From the NCBI GenBank assembly GCA_964016885.1, contig OZ024757.1, forward strand, positions 4,464,001-4,528,000: DNA of 64,000 nucleotides, read 5' to 3'. The stretch comes from Eledone cirrhosa. Taxonomy: Eukaryota. Made by a program: the position numbers and the translations under genes. The notes beneath the pieces are model-generated. The model ran no database searches and was not told where the DNA came from. It saw nothing but the letters and a program-made list of their open reading frames with translations. The stretch's first letter is position 1, and every line of letters begins with the position of its first letter. Below are positions 1 to 13,200 of the stretch, one piece after another.

Positions 1-600
1 ACGTGATCTACCAGTGCAACGTGGGGACGGACACCTCCAACAAAGCTTATATACGATTAACCGCTTGTGACTTTAAGACCTGGCTCTACCAACACCGACA
101 TACTTTCCGAAACCCGGTCCGGCGACATGCCACTACACTTTCGGGCCACATCTGGGACCTCAAAGATAATAATATAACCTACAATCTCACTTGGAGCTTA
201 CTGTCCAGAGCTAACTCTTACACGGGAGGACGCCGTCCGTGTAACTTATGCTCGGAGGAAACATTACAAACGCTGTTTTCGAAGGACCAACTCCTAAACA
301 AGAAAGACGAACTGGTAACCGCATGCAAACACAGATTGTGTAGGACTTACCTCGCCCTCAAACCCCATAACGACCCGGGTGGGTAGACAAGGGCTGACAC
401 CCCCTACTTGCCAAATAAGTTAGGGGAAATCCCAGCTTACATAGGTAGATGTACCTCTTTTCTTTTCTTCTATGTTTTCTCCTTCCCTCTGGTGGGGGTG
501 ATGTATGTGGCATGATATACAAAATATGGGCTTACAAATGGTTACATGCAATAAAATAAATTCACTGAGATGAGGGATGGTGAGACGGGGCAAAGGTGGT
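1..600 (+). mobile_element. Penelope-like element 3' end (GIY-YIG endonuclease C-terminus plus 3' UTR)
   Basis: ORF 3-386: VIYQC..AYI, FKTWLYQHRHTF, TTLSGHIWDLK, CNLCSEE, LNKKDELVTACKH, the typical PLE GIY-YIG C-terminal pattern. AATAAA near 550. Confidence 0.8.
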
Positions 601-605
601 TATTA

Positions 606-1597
606 TTATGTTGGGGCATGGTTAGTGTGTGGCCCTCCGCCGAATATTTGTTCAGAAAATGTGTTCAGCCTGGTGTGTCTGCAATTGATAATTATGTTCG
701 ACCTATAGTTTATGGCAGATTTTAATTTAATTATTTCTGCCGCCTCGGCCAGGCATAACCTGCAGTGGTTTCTGTCACTGGGGAGTTGCGCCACGCGTCT
801 TTTGACTGACCATGTGATCTGGGATTCGATGTTCCTGTCCTTGAGGTCCCAGATCAAATCAGCCAGTCTAGTTTGGGATCGTTTCAGCCTATGTTTAAAG
901 GAGCTTCTATGGTTATGCCAGCGCTCCTTAAACGTAGTGGAGGTCGCACCTATATATGAGTACTATTTATTGCCAGCTGTGACATCGCACCGGTAAACAA
1001 TATTTTTAACGAGGCACTCCCCGTTTAATGGGCATTCAGCCCGTTTTTTGCAGTTGCAATTGGGTGTTACCGGTGTGGTGGCACGTTGCCGGTTGGTGGC
1101 ATGCTGTGTGGAGCTGTCATGTGAGTTGTGGTGTTGTGTTGTGTATGTGGTTTCGTTCTGGGTTGCGGTAGTGGTTTGTTGTGGGGAAACCATGTGTTTG
1201 CGTATTTTTGTCCTATTAGTGTATGCTATTGTGTGGCCTAGATTTGGTGCTGTGGAGAAAGAGAATTTTACAGTGTGTCTATTGAAGAGCTTGTGGTATT
1301 TATGTGTGTGATGTGTGTGTGGAAAAGATTGTTCAAGGGCCCTGAAGAAGGTTCCCAGTATATTGGTGGCAACGTGTATAGATGTCACAGCTGGCAATAA
1401 ATAGTACTCATATATAGGTGCGACCTCCACTACGTTTAAGGAGCGCTGGCATAACCATAGACCATGTGGCAGGTCTACTCCGGGCTCTACGGTGTTTAGT
1501 GAGGTTTTTGTGGTTATGTGGTAGTGTGGGTGCGTTTTGTTCAGGCGTATTTGTCATAGGGGTTTCTAGTAATCTATTGGGGTTATGTCTTTTGTCT
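606..1597 (-). mobile_element. Degenerate Penelope-like element fragment (RT-EN linker and GIY-YIG)
   Basis: Minus-strand peptides RSRPATW..VATNI, KLFNRHTVKFSFS, CNCKKRAECPLNGECLVKNIVYRC, YIG, IWDLK, CRLCLAE, CRH. Tail-to-tail with the element at 1-600. Confidence 0.85.
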
Positions 1598-1599
1598 CC

Positions 1600-4066
1600 A
1601 TTATTAAACACACACACCCAGCAACAACGACAAGAAAATAGCAGAACCACACCCCACCCCTAGCAAAAGAAATGCACAGCAATAAATACACACAACAAGA
1701 AACTATTGACTTACATAATTGAACACACATACATTTCACTGCACGACTACATAATACCAGCACCAATCAAAACACCAATGAACATAAGACTGGTAAGAAT
1801 ATCACAGAAACAATACACAAACATTAAAATGAAATTCCCCAACGCAGTTGGTGATTTCAGAAACCTAGGAGGGACACTCAACCGGAGAGTATATTCGGAT
1901 ATACTCACAGAAGAGCCGACGATTCAACGGTCCCTTCACCAGAAAATCAAGGTAAGTGATCCTTTCTCACTTGCCCCGTTCCTCACCCAACATGGCCGTA
2001 CTCAGAATAGGCAGTATAAATGCACGTGGCCTGCGGTCATCTTGGAAGCAGGGCCACCTGCTCAACGACCTCAGGTCACTAAACATAGATGTGGTGGCCA
2101 TGAGAATCTCTGAAGCACAAGCCTTCGCACCGATTTTTGGTGGCTACGATGTATACACATCTCCCAGCTGTCCAGGATCGGGGGGAGGGGTTGCCGTTCT
2201 TTTTCGGAGAGGCTTGGATCTCGCCATACGGGCCATCTTCATAGACCCAGAAGGTAAGTCGGTGGTGCTGGACGTGACCGGCAGCGAAGGCAATGCTTTC
2301 AGGCTAGTAGCCGTCTACGCCCCAACAGGGGCAGGACGGCTAGATTTCTTCAGACGTCTAGAGACCTTTCTTGGAACGTCCCGCTCTTTAGTGTTAGTGG
2401 GCGACTGGAACGGTATATTGGATGCACGCTGGGATTGTATGGAGCTAGTGGATAGGGAAGGAGGGTGCAAGAGCCTCACCAACCTGCTCAGACGTTTTGA
2501 ACTGTCTGACAGGTATCGACTGGATCACCCGAATGTGCCAATGTGGACATGGACAAACCGCAACGGGTCATCCAGATTGTATCTCGAGAGGGTATTCTAC
2601 AGAGAACTAGATAAGGCTAGTATAAGTTGTCCACAATTTAAAATAGTCGACTACACAGACCACAAATTTGTGATCTGTGAGATCGACATAGACAGACTTC
2701 ATAGACAAGGGCCCGGTTACTGGAAGCTGAACGCGTCTTTCCCGGCGTGCAAAGACTACAGAGACCGGATTAGCCTATTAGTTAAGCGGGCGTTGACGGG
2801 AGCGGTCGTCAATAACAGGTGGTGGTTCGCCCTGAAAAGGGCAATTAAAGTAGAGTCGATTAGGTTTAGCAAAGGACTAGTGATAGAGGAAAATAGAGTA
2901 GCGGGAGGGCTAGTCAGAAAGCTAGAAGAGGCGTTTAGGGCAGGCATCGCAACCGACGTGCTTGCGGCGAGATTGGCGCTCGACCAATTCTTCAACGCAA
3001 AACACGAAGGCTGCGTTGTCAGAGCTAGAGCGGGTGCTCTGAAACACGAGGGGACAAAACCCATCCAATGGGCCCGGGTGGCAGAGGCGCGACGTGGCAA
3101 CAAAGCCACAATTCGGTCTTTGTCTGATCAAAACGGGCGCGTGTTGCTTGAACTCGAGCAGATGTGTGAAGCTTTTCAGCAACACTTTGCTGAACTGTTC
3201 GGGAGCAGCGGCGGGCCGGATCTGGGTATGGACTTCAGTGCATACCTCGATGGACTGCCTCGGCTCTCGACAACCGCAGCACATTGTTGCGAAAAGCCAA
3301 TAACAGCCAGTGAAATACGGGAAGCGATGGCTAGCTGTACGAGGGATAAATCGCCAGGTTTGGATGGTCTGCCCTACGAGCTTTATTCATTTATGCCAGA
3401 CTTGTTCGGTGACCTCTTAGCAGACGTCTACTGCAACTGGCAGCAGAACGGGAGTATTCCTAGTTTTGTGAGCCGGGGAACGGTGGCGCTGCTGAGAAAA
3501 GACTCGAACAAGGGGGATGTTATCGATAACTTCAGGCCCATAACCCTGCTAAACGCAGAGTTCAAGATTTTGGCCAAGGTGTTAGCAACGAGGTTGTCGC
3601 CGAATCCCTAATTAACTTTTTCAAGTTTCACTTGAAGAAGAAAATCAGGGTGGAGAGGCAAGTGCTGCCTTCTAGCAAGTTTGTTGAAAGGTGGGTGAAT
3701 GTAGCCAGAATGGTCCGAGTGAACGCGACCGCTCTGAATATACGCCTGTAGTTTGAGAAATGGAAAAATTGAGAGAGGGCACTTGCCCTGGTGGTCAGGG
3801 TAGCCATGGTCTTTTGTGTGGTTTTCGCCACGAGTAACCCTCGGAGGTTTCCCCCCTATTGGGGAATTTTTCATTTTTTCAATTTTCATTTTCATTGTTT
3901 ATATATATATATATGTTTCTATGTCTTTTTTTTTCCTTTTTTTCTATAAATAATAAAAATCTCTACACGCATAAAACCCACATCGTACCGTCCTGTACCG
4001 TCCTATACCGTCCTGTGCCGTCTGTAATGATTTTCTTGATGTCAGCCCTTATTATAATCACACTCC
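1600..4066 (+). mobile_element. Tx1-clade (L1 group) LINE, 5'-truncated and internally deleted
   Basis: ORF 1956-3611 has APE endonuclease motifs (SINARGL, VYAP, GDWN, TDH, GPGYWKLN) and the RT N-terminus (KSPGLDGLP, NFRPITLLN). At about 3597 it jumps to sequence matching the 3' end of the copy at about 15810. Ends in (TTA)n. Confidence 0.88.
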
Positions 4067-4095
4067 TTATTATTATTATTATTATTATTGTTATT
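4067..4095. repeat. (TTA)n microsatellite between the Tx1 and Dong-like elements
   Basis: Direct reading. Confidence 0.9.
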
Positions 4096-4099
4096 CCTT

Positions 4100-6241
4100 G
4101 AATCTCAGTCATTGATGTTGGTTAACTGGAAAGTCCGTTGGAATGAATATCAAGCCACTACCTGCAGCCTCAGATATTCAGGACGTATCGGAGGGTTCTT
4201 GCTGTTCCAAGCAAGCATGCCTTTTGAAGCGTTCCAAAAAGCGTGAAGGGGCCGATTTTCTTTAACCATCCCTGGAAACTTTTGGAGATAGTCCCCAGTG
4301 CGCCTATGACAATCGGGATCACTTTGACTTCATGGCAGTTCCAAATCCTTTTCACCTCCCACTTTAGGTCCTGGTATCGGTTAATTTTCTCCCTCTCCCT
4401 CTCTTGCACTCTCGTGTCGAACGGGCAGGCCACATCCACAATCAGACACGATCTTTTTTCTTTGTCCACAACCACCAGGTCAGGTCTATTGTGTTCCAGT
4501 TTTTTGTCCGTCTGTATCCTAAAATCCCACAGCACCTTCACCTGATTGTTCTCCATCACCGCCTCCGGCCTATGCTCATACCATTTCTCAGAATGTGGTA
4601 AATTGTTTACTTTGCACAGGTGCCAGTGGATCACCCTGCCCATCACATCGTGTCTCCAGCCCTTATAGTGGGTCTGGGCTAGGTGTTTACACTCGGACAC
4701 AATGTGAGCCACAGTCTCCTCTCTCTCTCCACAGATCCTGCACAGTGGGCTAGCCTCCTCCTTGTAAATATGGTGCTTCAACCACTTCGTTTTGAGGGCC
4801 TGCTCTTGCGCAGCCATTATCATTCCTTCTGTAGCCTTTTTGAGGTCTCCTCTTCTCAACCAGTTCCATGTCTGTGGATCTCTAAATTCAGTTTTCTCAA
4901 AGAAGGTACTATGAAGGGATTTTCCCTTAAGGCTGCTCTTCCTCCTTGATGTTATTTCCTCCTTGGACATCCCCTGGCCTACTGTCCCCTCCTTCAGTAC
5001 AGCTTTGAGCATTGGCTCCTTACTATAGGTCACGTATTTGTATAGGTTGTTTTTCTCCATCTGAACACAGTCCTCTATGCTGATAAGACCTCTTCCACCC
5101 TCAGATCTCCTTAAGTAGAGTCTATCGACATCACTCCTCTTGTGGAACATGTTGTAGATAGTCAATAGCTTCCTAGTCTTCCTATCCATTTCTTTTTGTT
5201 CAGCAACATTCCATCTCAGAATTCCCGCACTGTACCTAATAATAGACACAGCATGGGAATTTACTGCGCTTATGGCATTTCTGCTGTTCAGATGTGACTT
5301 CAATACGCTCCTTACTCTCCGAATGTATTCAGTTCTTAACAATTCCTTCATTTTTTTGTTCTTTATGCCATCAGCCTCCAGAACGCCCAAATACTTGTAT
5401 CCTTCCTCAGAGTTAATTTCCTTTATCATCTCACCTGTTGGTATCTGGATCCCGCTACTTCTGCTCAACCTACCCCTCCTCATCACAATGACTCCACATT
5501 TACCAATACCAAACTGCATACATATATCACTGCTGAAAATACGGACAGTGTCAACAAGCACATCCAACTCCTTCTCACTTTTCCCGAAGAGCTTAAGATC
5601 GTCCATGAAGAGGAGGTGATTGATGGTAAGCTCTCCCCTTCCCAACTTGTATCCTGCTCTCACTTTTCGCAGCATAATGGTCAAGGGCATTAGGGCAAGG
5701 ACAAACAACAGAGGGGACAGGCTATCTCCCTGGAAGATACCTCTCTTGATCTTCACGCTTCCCAAGGATACTCCAGTTGATGTCAACTCTGTCTCCCAGG
5801 ACCCCATACTCCTGCCCAGCAACTGTCTGATGTTATCTGCCACCCTGAAGATCTCCAGGCTTTTGGTGATCCAAGAATGAGGCACCATGTCAAATGCCTT
5901 TCTGTAGTCTATCCATCCCATGGCAAGATCAGTGTGTCTCCTCCTGCAATTCCCCATTACCATCTTATCAATAAGTAACTGGTCCTTTGTACCACGTGAC
6001 TTCTTTCGGCATCCTTTCTGTTCGTCCGGTAACAAGTTGTTTGTGTGGAGGTGATGGTAGATTTCCTCAGACACAATGCTCGTCAACAGTTTCCACATTA
6101 CGGACAGACATGTGATAGGTCTATAGTTGGTGACATCATTACCCTTGATTCGGTCTTTCATTATCAGAACTGTGGTACCTTTTGTCAACCACTCTGGCAC
6201 CTCACCCGACACCAAGCAGTCATTGAACATGGCCGTCAGCT
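4100..6241 (-). mobile_element. R4/Dong-clade non-LTR retrotransposon, family A, 5'-truncated (RT + CCHC + restriction-like endonuclease)
   Basis: Uninterrupted 686-aa ORF 4170-6230: [69 protein letters not shown]. Flanked by (TAA)n. Confidence 0.9.
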
Positions 6242-6461
6242 ATGTTCAATGACTGCTTGGTGTCGGGTGAGGTGCCAGAGTGGTTGACAAAAGGTACCAC
6301 AGTTCTGATAATGAAAGACCGAATCAAGGGTAATGATGTCACCAACTATAGACCTATCACATGTCTGTCCGTAATGTGGAAACTGTTGACGAGCATTGTG
6401 TCTGAGGAAATCTACCATCACCTCCACACAAACAACTTGTTACCGGACGAACAGAAAGGAT
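6011..6461. repeat. Perfect 220-bp inverted repeat (fold-back) at the 5' truncation of the Dong-like element
   Basis: 6011-6230 is the reverse complement of 6242-6461 with an 11-nt spacer. The ORF track gives the same peptide (MFNDCLVSG...DEQKG) on both strands. Confidence 0.95.
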
Positions 6462-6471
6462 TATTATTATG

Positions 6472-6507
<36 letters not shown>

Positions 6508-6509
<2 letters not shown>

Positions 6510-7868
6510 AGCTGCATTTATCTTGCTTTATGTTCATACGAGTTATCACCAAGTCTCAACCAGTGACCTCAAGAGACAACAAGGTCCGCCATGTTCAAGA
6601 AAGAACATACATACTCACACAAGCATCTTTAGGTGTTTTGACTTGTGATGTACTTATATTGACAGAATCTTCCTTAGTATATGGGCAGTTCCCATTAGTA
6701 CTATCTTTTGTATTTCTCCTATACGCGGGTTTCCTAGGATTTGCGATAAGTAATCATTAGTTTGTTAAAATTTCTGTCAGATCGGAGAAGGTTTATTTGG
6801 CGATTGATGTTCTCTTGCCAAGTAGATTTCTTGTGGAAATTCCTTTGTTTTTTCATTTTCACTCCACATAAGTGAGTGGTGACTTTAGCCGATGCATAAT
6901 AGAGATGATTTAAATCAGTAATGTTTAGTTTGATTGTGATGATAATGTTTTTGAGAATTATGTTAGTCTTGTGTATTATCTTTTGGTTCTGTTTGGAGTT
7001 CTGGATCTTAGGGATGGTGTCTCGTTCCCCGTGTCAGATTCTTTCATTTTAATCCATTCGATCATAATTTCATCCTTCAAGTTGGCAAGTTCATTCTCAT
7101 TCATTTCTTTATCATTTACGATCTCATTGTTTTCATTTTGAGTTTCATCTTGAGCATGCACTCCCTCCACTTTTTCGTTCCTTTCTTTGATTTGTTCTGT
7201 TGTCAGTGATTCCGCCCCAACCCTGGGATTCGAAGTGTTACAATTTACCTCGTTTTCACTGACACATGTTTCATTTTCCCTTCGCTGACTTTGTGCTAAT
7301 AGCTTGATCTGATCAATTTCTATATCAGTAACTTTTTTTTTTACAATATTTCTTCGTATATTGGCTAGTTTGTTACTGTCTATATAGCCTCTGTTTTCGG
7401 GATGTTTCTTTTTCCAATTGATATATGTCTATTCTGTATTCGATGTATTTGATGGGTAGTACATGGCAGTGTAGAAAGCCTCAAGGACTTCTTTATTATC
7501 TTCCCTTGACCATTTATCTCTCTTTTTCTTTGGATTTCTTGGTGGTGAGCATGGAGGGCCAACAGTAGGAGTATTCCGGTTATGGGATGTCTCCAGCTCC
7601 GAAGTGATGGGAAGGTTTGAACCATTAGCTGATTTTCGACCCCAGTCTGGTTCCTCTCTGAGGGACGCGGCCCTTTTTGACCCGAGTGACGGCCGATCCG
7701 GTATGAGATTTTATCATTTGACATTTACTTTATTTTGTCGCGTTTTATCCTTATCCGCCAAGGGGTAATAATTTCGTGTTACCACTTCTATGACGAGTGT
7801 CAACCAAGACTAGAGGGGTCGTCCTCCCCTAGAGACACGGCTATTCCCGCCCGGCCGCCATCCCGGTA
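6508..7868 (-). mobile_element. R4/Dong-like family B, internally deleted copy (5' end joined to 3' end)
   Basis: 6508-6760 matches 7893-8140 (3' UTR and last codons). 6760-7868 carries a GC-rich leader and a degenerate N-terminal ORF region. Both ends abut (TAA)n. Confidence 0.75.
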
Positions 7869-7892
7869 TTATTATTATTATTATTATTATTA

Positions 7893-10207
7893 CAGTTGCA
7901 TTTATCTTGCTTTATGTTCATACGAGTTATCACCAAGTCACAACCAGTGACCTCAAGAGACAACAAGGTCCGCCATGTTCAAGAAAGAACATACATACTC
8001 ACACATGCATCCTTAGTGTTTAGACTTGTGATGTACTTATATTGACAGGATCTTCCTTAGTATATGGGCAGTTCCCATTAGTACTATCTTTTGTATTTCT
8101 CCTATACGCGGGTTTCCTGGGATTTGCGATAAGTAGTCGTTAGACCCCTTAGGTATCATTCCCAGAGCGCCTACAACCACTGGTATTGTTTTAGTTCTCA
8201 ATTTCCACATTTTTCCAATTTCTATCTCCAGGTCCTTATACTTGCTCAATTTTTCAAATGTTTTTATAGATACATTCTTGTCTATTGGAACAGACATATC
8301 AATTAGCAGGCATACCCTCCTTTGAAAGTCCTTCAATATTATATCAGGTCTATTTGCATCTATTTTTCGGTCTGTTTGGATGCTAAAGTTCCACAAGATT
8401 GAGATGTGATCTTTTTCAAGTATGGGAGGTGGTTGATGCTCCCACCAATTCTTTTGATGGGGCAGGTCAAAATGCTTGCACATTGTCCAATGTATGTATT
8501 GTGCAGCTCTGTCATGCCTGTTTAGGTATTCGGTTGGAGCTATAGGACTGCACATTGAAATTATATGGTCAATGGTCTCTGGTTGTTTTTTTGCATACAC
8601 GGCATAATGGGCTGCACCCATTTTTTATTATGTTGGCTTGGTAATTTTTTGTTGGCAGACACTGATCTTGTGCGGATATAATCAGTCCTTCAGTCTCCGA
8701 TTTCAGTCCAGAGGATGCCAACCACTGATGGGTTAAAGTTTTGTCAACATCAGGATTGTTAGCTCGCTCTGGGTATTTTCCATACAGAGGCTTTTCTTGC
8801 CATTTCTTAGCCAGTTTCTGTAGCAGTTCTTTCTTTGCAGTTACTTTTACCTGCTTTGCTTTTTCTGTGTTTTCCATTTCAGCAGTAAATGGGACTTCTG
8901 AAATTTGTAGTCCATTACTGTATCTTTGTGCATCTTTTGTAATGGAATATGATCTTTTGGTGCTTTCGTGTTTCAAAACGAGTTTGATCATCCAATAATG
9001 TGATTCCCTTAGATATGTGGATAATCCAATTGTTGCAGTTTTCAACGCAATGTCTAACTGGATTAACCCACGTCCTCCTTCTTTCCTAGGGAGATATATT
9101 CTATCTATGTCTGCCTTAGGGTGATGCATTCTGTGCATGGTTAAGAATTTTCGGATTTTTGTATCGAGCCTACGGATCTCTGTGCTTGACCAGTTGATGA
9201 CATTGTAACTGTAGGTTACTACTGGTATGGCAAGCGTGTTTATGGCATCGATCCTATTCCTTGCATTCAATTCCGTTCTTAAGATTGCTCTGACTCTGCG
9301 GTAACATTCCTTCCTTATCCTTTCCCTCATTGTCGAGTGCTTGATTCCGTCTCCTTCACAAACACCTAGATATTTGTAAGTTTGTTCTTGATCAATCTCT
9401 CTTATCACGTTCCCCCGATCAAGATTAATGTCTGAACTCTTCAGCAGCTTTCCTCTGGTGAACGTTGCTTTGGCGCATTTATCCAGTCCAAACTCCATTT
9501 TAATGTCATCACTGAACTGCTTCACAGTGGATAATAGCCCTTGCAATTGTTCATCATTTTTTGCAAATAGTTTCAGGTCATCCATGTAGAACAGGTGATT
9601 AATGGTTTTGTCATAGACTCTATATCCATGTTTTGTTTCATTGAGCATTTTACTTAATGGTATAAGTGCGATGCAGAATAAAAGCGGTGATAAAGAGTCA
9701 CCCTGAAAAATTCCACAATTAATGTTAACTTCTCCAGCTTCCAGTGATTTTGTTTCACTATTCAAAAGGAGTGTCGTTCTCCATGTCCTCATACTGAATG
9801 ACAAAAACCTCCTGATAACGGGGGATATTTTGAAAATCTCTAAACATTTTTCAATCCAACTGTGTGGCAAACTATCAAATGCTTTTTTATAATCTATCCA
9901 AGCAATCGATAGATTTTTGTGTCTATTATGACAATCTTCCAGTATCATTTTGTTAACCAGAAGCTGATCCTTACAGCCATATGAGCCTCGTTTACACCCT
10001 TTCTGCTCAATGGGAAATAGGTCATTTGTTATCAGGTGGTCATATGTGTATTCAGTTAGGACTGATGTTAAAATTTTATACATTGTGGTCAAGCAGGTTA
10101 TCGGTCTGTAATTTTTGGGATTGTTTGTCTCATCATTCTTCGGTAGCAGGAATGTAATGCCGTTAACTAGCCATGATGGTATCTTTTCTGGCTCCTTAAC
10201 TATTTCA

Positions 10208-10208
<1 letters not shown>
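7893..10208 (-). mobile_element. R4/Dong-clade retrotransposon, family B, 5'-truncated, one frameshift
   Basis: ORFs 8569-10092 (RT: [31 protein letters not shown]) and 8037-8621 (ETIDHIISMC, RHD, NRPD, KLSKYKDL). Flanked by (TAA)n on both sides. Confidence 0.9.
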
Positions 10209-10262
<54 letters not shown>

Positions 10263-10278
10263 CATTATTATTATTATT
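10209..10278. repeat. (TTA)n microsatellite
   Basis: Direct reading. Separates the Dong B 5' end from the Tx1 5' end. Confidence 0.9.
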
Positions 10279-13200
10279 GGCGACCTACGTAGAAAATCGT
10301 ATTATCGTGAGCTCCGCAAAGGTTTGTTGTTTTCAGTTGTTTAAAATTGCCATTTATGGAAAAATTTTATTGTTAACTGTATATAAGTGCACATACCTTG
10401 TTTTCTGAAAAGGACACTCAAAATGATTGGGGCCTTGAGCCCAAAATTTAAACTTTTATAATTATCAAACAAAAATTTCTTTGAAAAAAATCATGGACCT
10501 CTCACAGTCACACCTTCCTCACAAACTAACACCTCACACCGACACCACCATTGTAAATATTACTACGTTTGCCAACACTAAAAATATAAGCAGTAACAAT
10601 AATTTAAATTTGTCTCATGCAGACATTCATTTCCCGCCATTACCAATGACTGCAGGTGTTGAAGCCGCCACCTCCACCACCACCACAGCGACAACAGAAA
10701 CAAAAGAAGAAAATAAATTATCTCGTGACATCGAAATGGTTTCACCCAGAATGGAATCTTCCACACCGAACACCACTGACGCCACCACCACCACCACAAC
10801 TGAATCTAAAAATAACAATAACAAAAATAACGATAACAACAACAGCAACAACAACAATGAGAATAAGAAAATCACCCTGTCTTTTGCCAGAGTAGCAAAA
10901 AAGTGCGAAGCAATCCAGGTAACTCAGGAGGAATTAGATGAAGCTAAGAGAATGGTAAAGAAAGATGGGTACAGGGTCAGCCCCACCCCCACCCACCACC
11001 CACCCACCCCCCACCTAATAAAATAGAGCATAGGCGCCTATGCACCGTGTCTTATCGGACGATTAACATAAAATTGCGCCGAGTGGAACGGGCATCCGAG
11101 TCCCAAATCCAAAAAGCTTTGGGACATGTGTGAGCAAAAAAAACCCACATCAGACATGGGCAGAAATATGGAACCGTGGACGTCTTCTTTGGAACACCAC
11201 AGGAGGCCAGAGAACACTCCATGGCCCCATTAAGAAGTGACGACTTCACAATCGTCCCAAGCTATTGTGGCCAGAGACTCGTGAAGATCAGGGTGACCCA
11301 CGTTCTACCGGCCATCGAAATTCCCTGGCTAATGGCTGCCGTCCTCGCCTGCATCGAGGCCAATACCAAGATAATCGAAATAGCGAAAGAAAAGCAGGAG
11401 AACTGGTCCGGATCTGGGATGGAGCTCCTGATCCAACCGGTCCATAAAATCATTGAGGAGATCCAAGAGGTAATAGACCTCACTGACGGCAGCCACCTCA
11501 CCGTAATCGTCGAGGGCAGAAGGCCTAGGTGTGTCGTTTGTGGTGAAGGAACCCATCTAAGGGCTTTCTGCCCTCAGGCTAAAAGGTTGAGGCCACCTCT
11601 CTTACCCACCCCAGTGACTCAACCGTCAACACCACCAGCAGCAGAAATGGCAACAACTGTAGCAGCAACAACAGCAGCAACTGTAGCAGCAACAACTCCA
11701 GCAACAGTAGCAAAACCAACACCACCACCACCCAACGCACCAGAACTAGCACCAGCGCCTACACCTTCCACCACGCCACAACCAAAACCAACGCCTGTGG
11801 AGGATTTTCCACTCCCCGACCTGTCGCAACTGGAGACAGATTGTGACGACTAGAAGTGGGGAAACCCTATCAGGAAAAAAGGAACAAAGAAAAAGAAACC
11901 AAAAAAGAAAAAATTCTCTTCTTTCCCCCTCCAAAAACAAAATACAGAGGGAAACAAATAAACTATCAAACAAAAACGTTAGGACAGCTATGCCACCATC
12001 CACACCAGCATCACCACAAACACCAACACCATCACCATCATTAACCCCAAGACCACTGTCACCAACACTACAAAAGTCACCAAAAAGCGAAACAGAAACA
12101 AACCCACAACAAACGCAAACAAAACAAAACAACCAAAACGATACACACTACACAGCATTAAATTTGAACAACGGTGGATTGGCAGTATCGGTAAGGGTCG
12201 GACGCCATGTTTTGAAGCATAGAGTTACCTCCCTTTATGATCTGAGTTCAAATCCCGCCGAGGTTAACTTTGCCTTTCATCCTTACGGGGTCGATAAAAT
12301 AAAGTACCAGTAATGCACTGGAATAATTGCTGGCCTTGTGCCAAAAGTAGAAACAATTAAATTTGAACAACAACCAATTATTACACTACATCCAACACAA
12401 CACCAACATCACAGAAAAAGACTACACAATAATCCAAAAGTTCACACCACCTCCACACATACAAATCACTCGCATCACACAGAAAACGTACACGACACTA
12501 AAACAAAAATTCTCCAAAGACATCGGAGACTTCCGACAAGCACTCTCCAGGAGGATTTATAAGGACATCCTTCCGGAGGAGGCCACAGGCAGTGAAAAGG
12601 ATGGAGAAACCATCCTTCCTCTACGAGAAGTAAGGTAAGTGGTCTTTCCCATCTTTTCCACTCCATTTCAACATCACCGCACTCAGAATAGGCAGCATTT
12701 ATGCGCGTGGCTTGGGGTCGTCATGGAAGCAGGGCGACCTGCTCAACGACCTCAGGTCACTAAACATAGATGTAGTGGCCATCAGCGAGACCAGAATCTC
12801 CGAAACACGAGCCTTCGCACCGATATTCGGCGGCTACGATGTGTACGCATCTCCCAGCCGTCCAGGATCGGGGGGAGGAGTTTCTGGGCTTTTTCGGAGA
12901 GGTTTGGATCTCGCCATACGGGCCATATTCCTGGACCCAGAAGGTAAGTTGGTGGTGCTGGACGTGACCAGCGGAGACGGGCAAGCTTTCAGGCTAGTGG
13001 CCGTCTATGCCCCGACAGGAGCAGGGCGGCCTGATTTCTTCCGGCGTCTGGAGACCTTTCTTGGAACGTCCCGCTCTTTAGTGTTAGTGGGCGACTGGAA
13101 CGGGATCTTAGATGCACGCTGGGACTGTGTGGCATTAGCGAATAGGGGAGGAGGGTGCAAGAGCCTCACCAACCTGCTCAGGCATTTTGAACTGTCTGAC

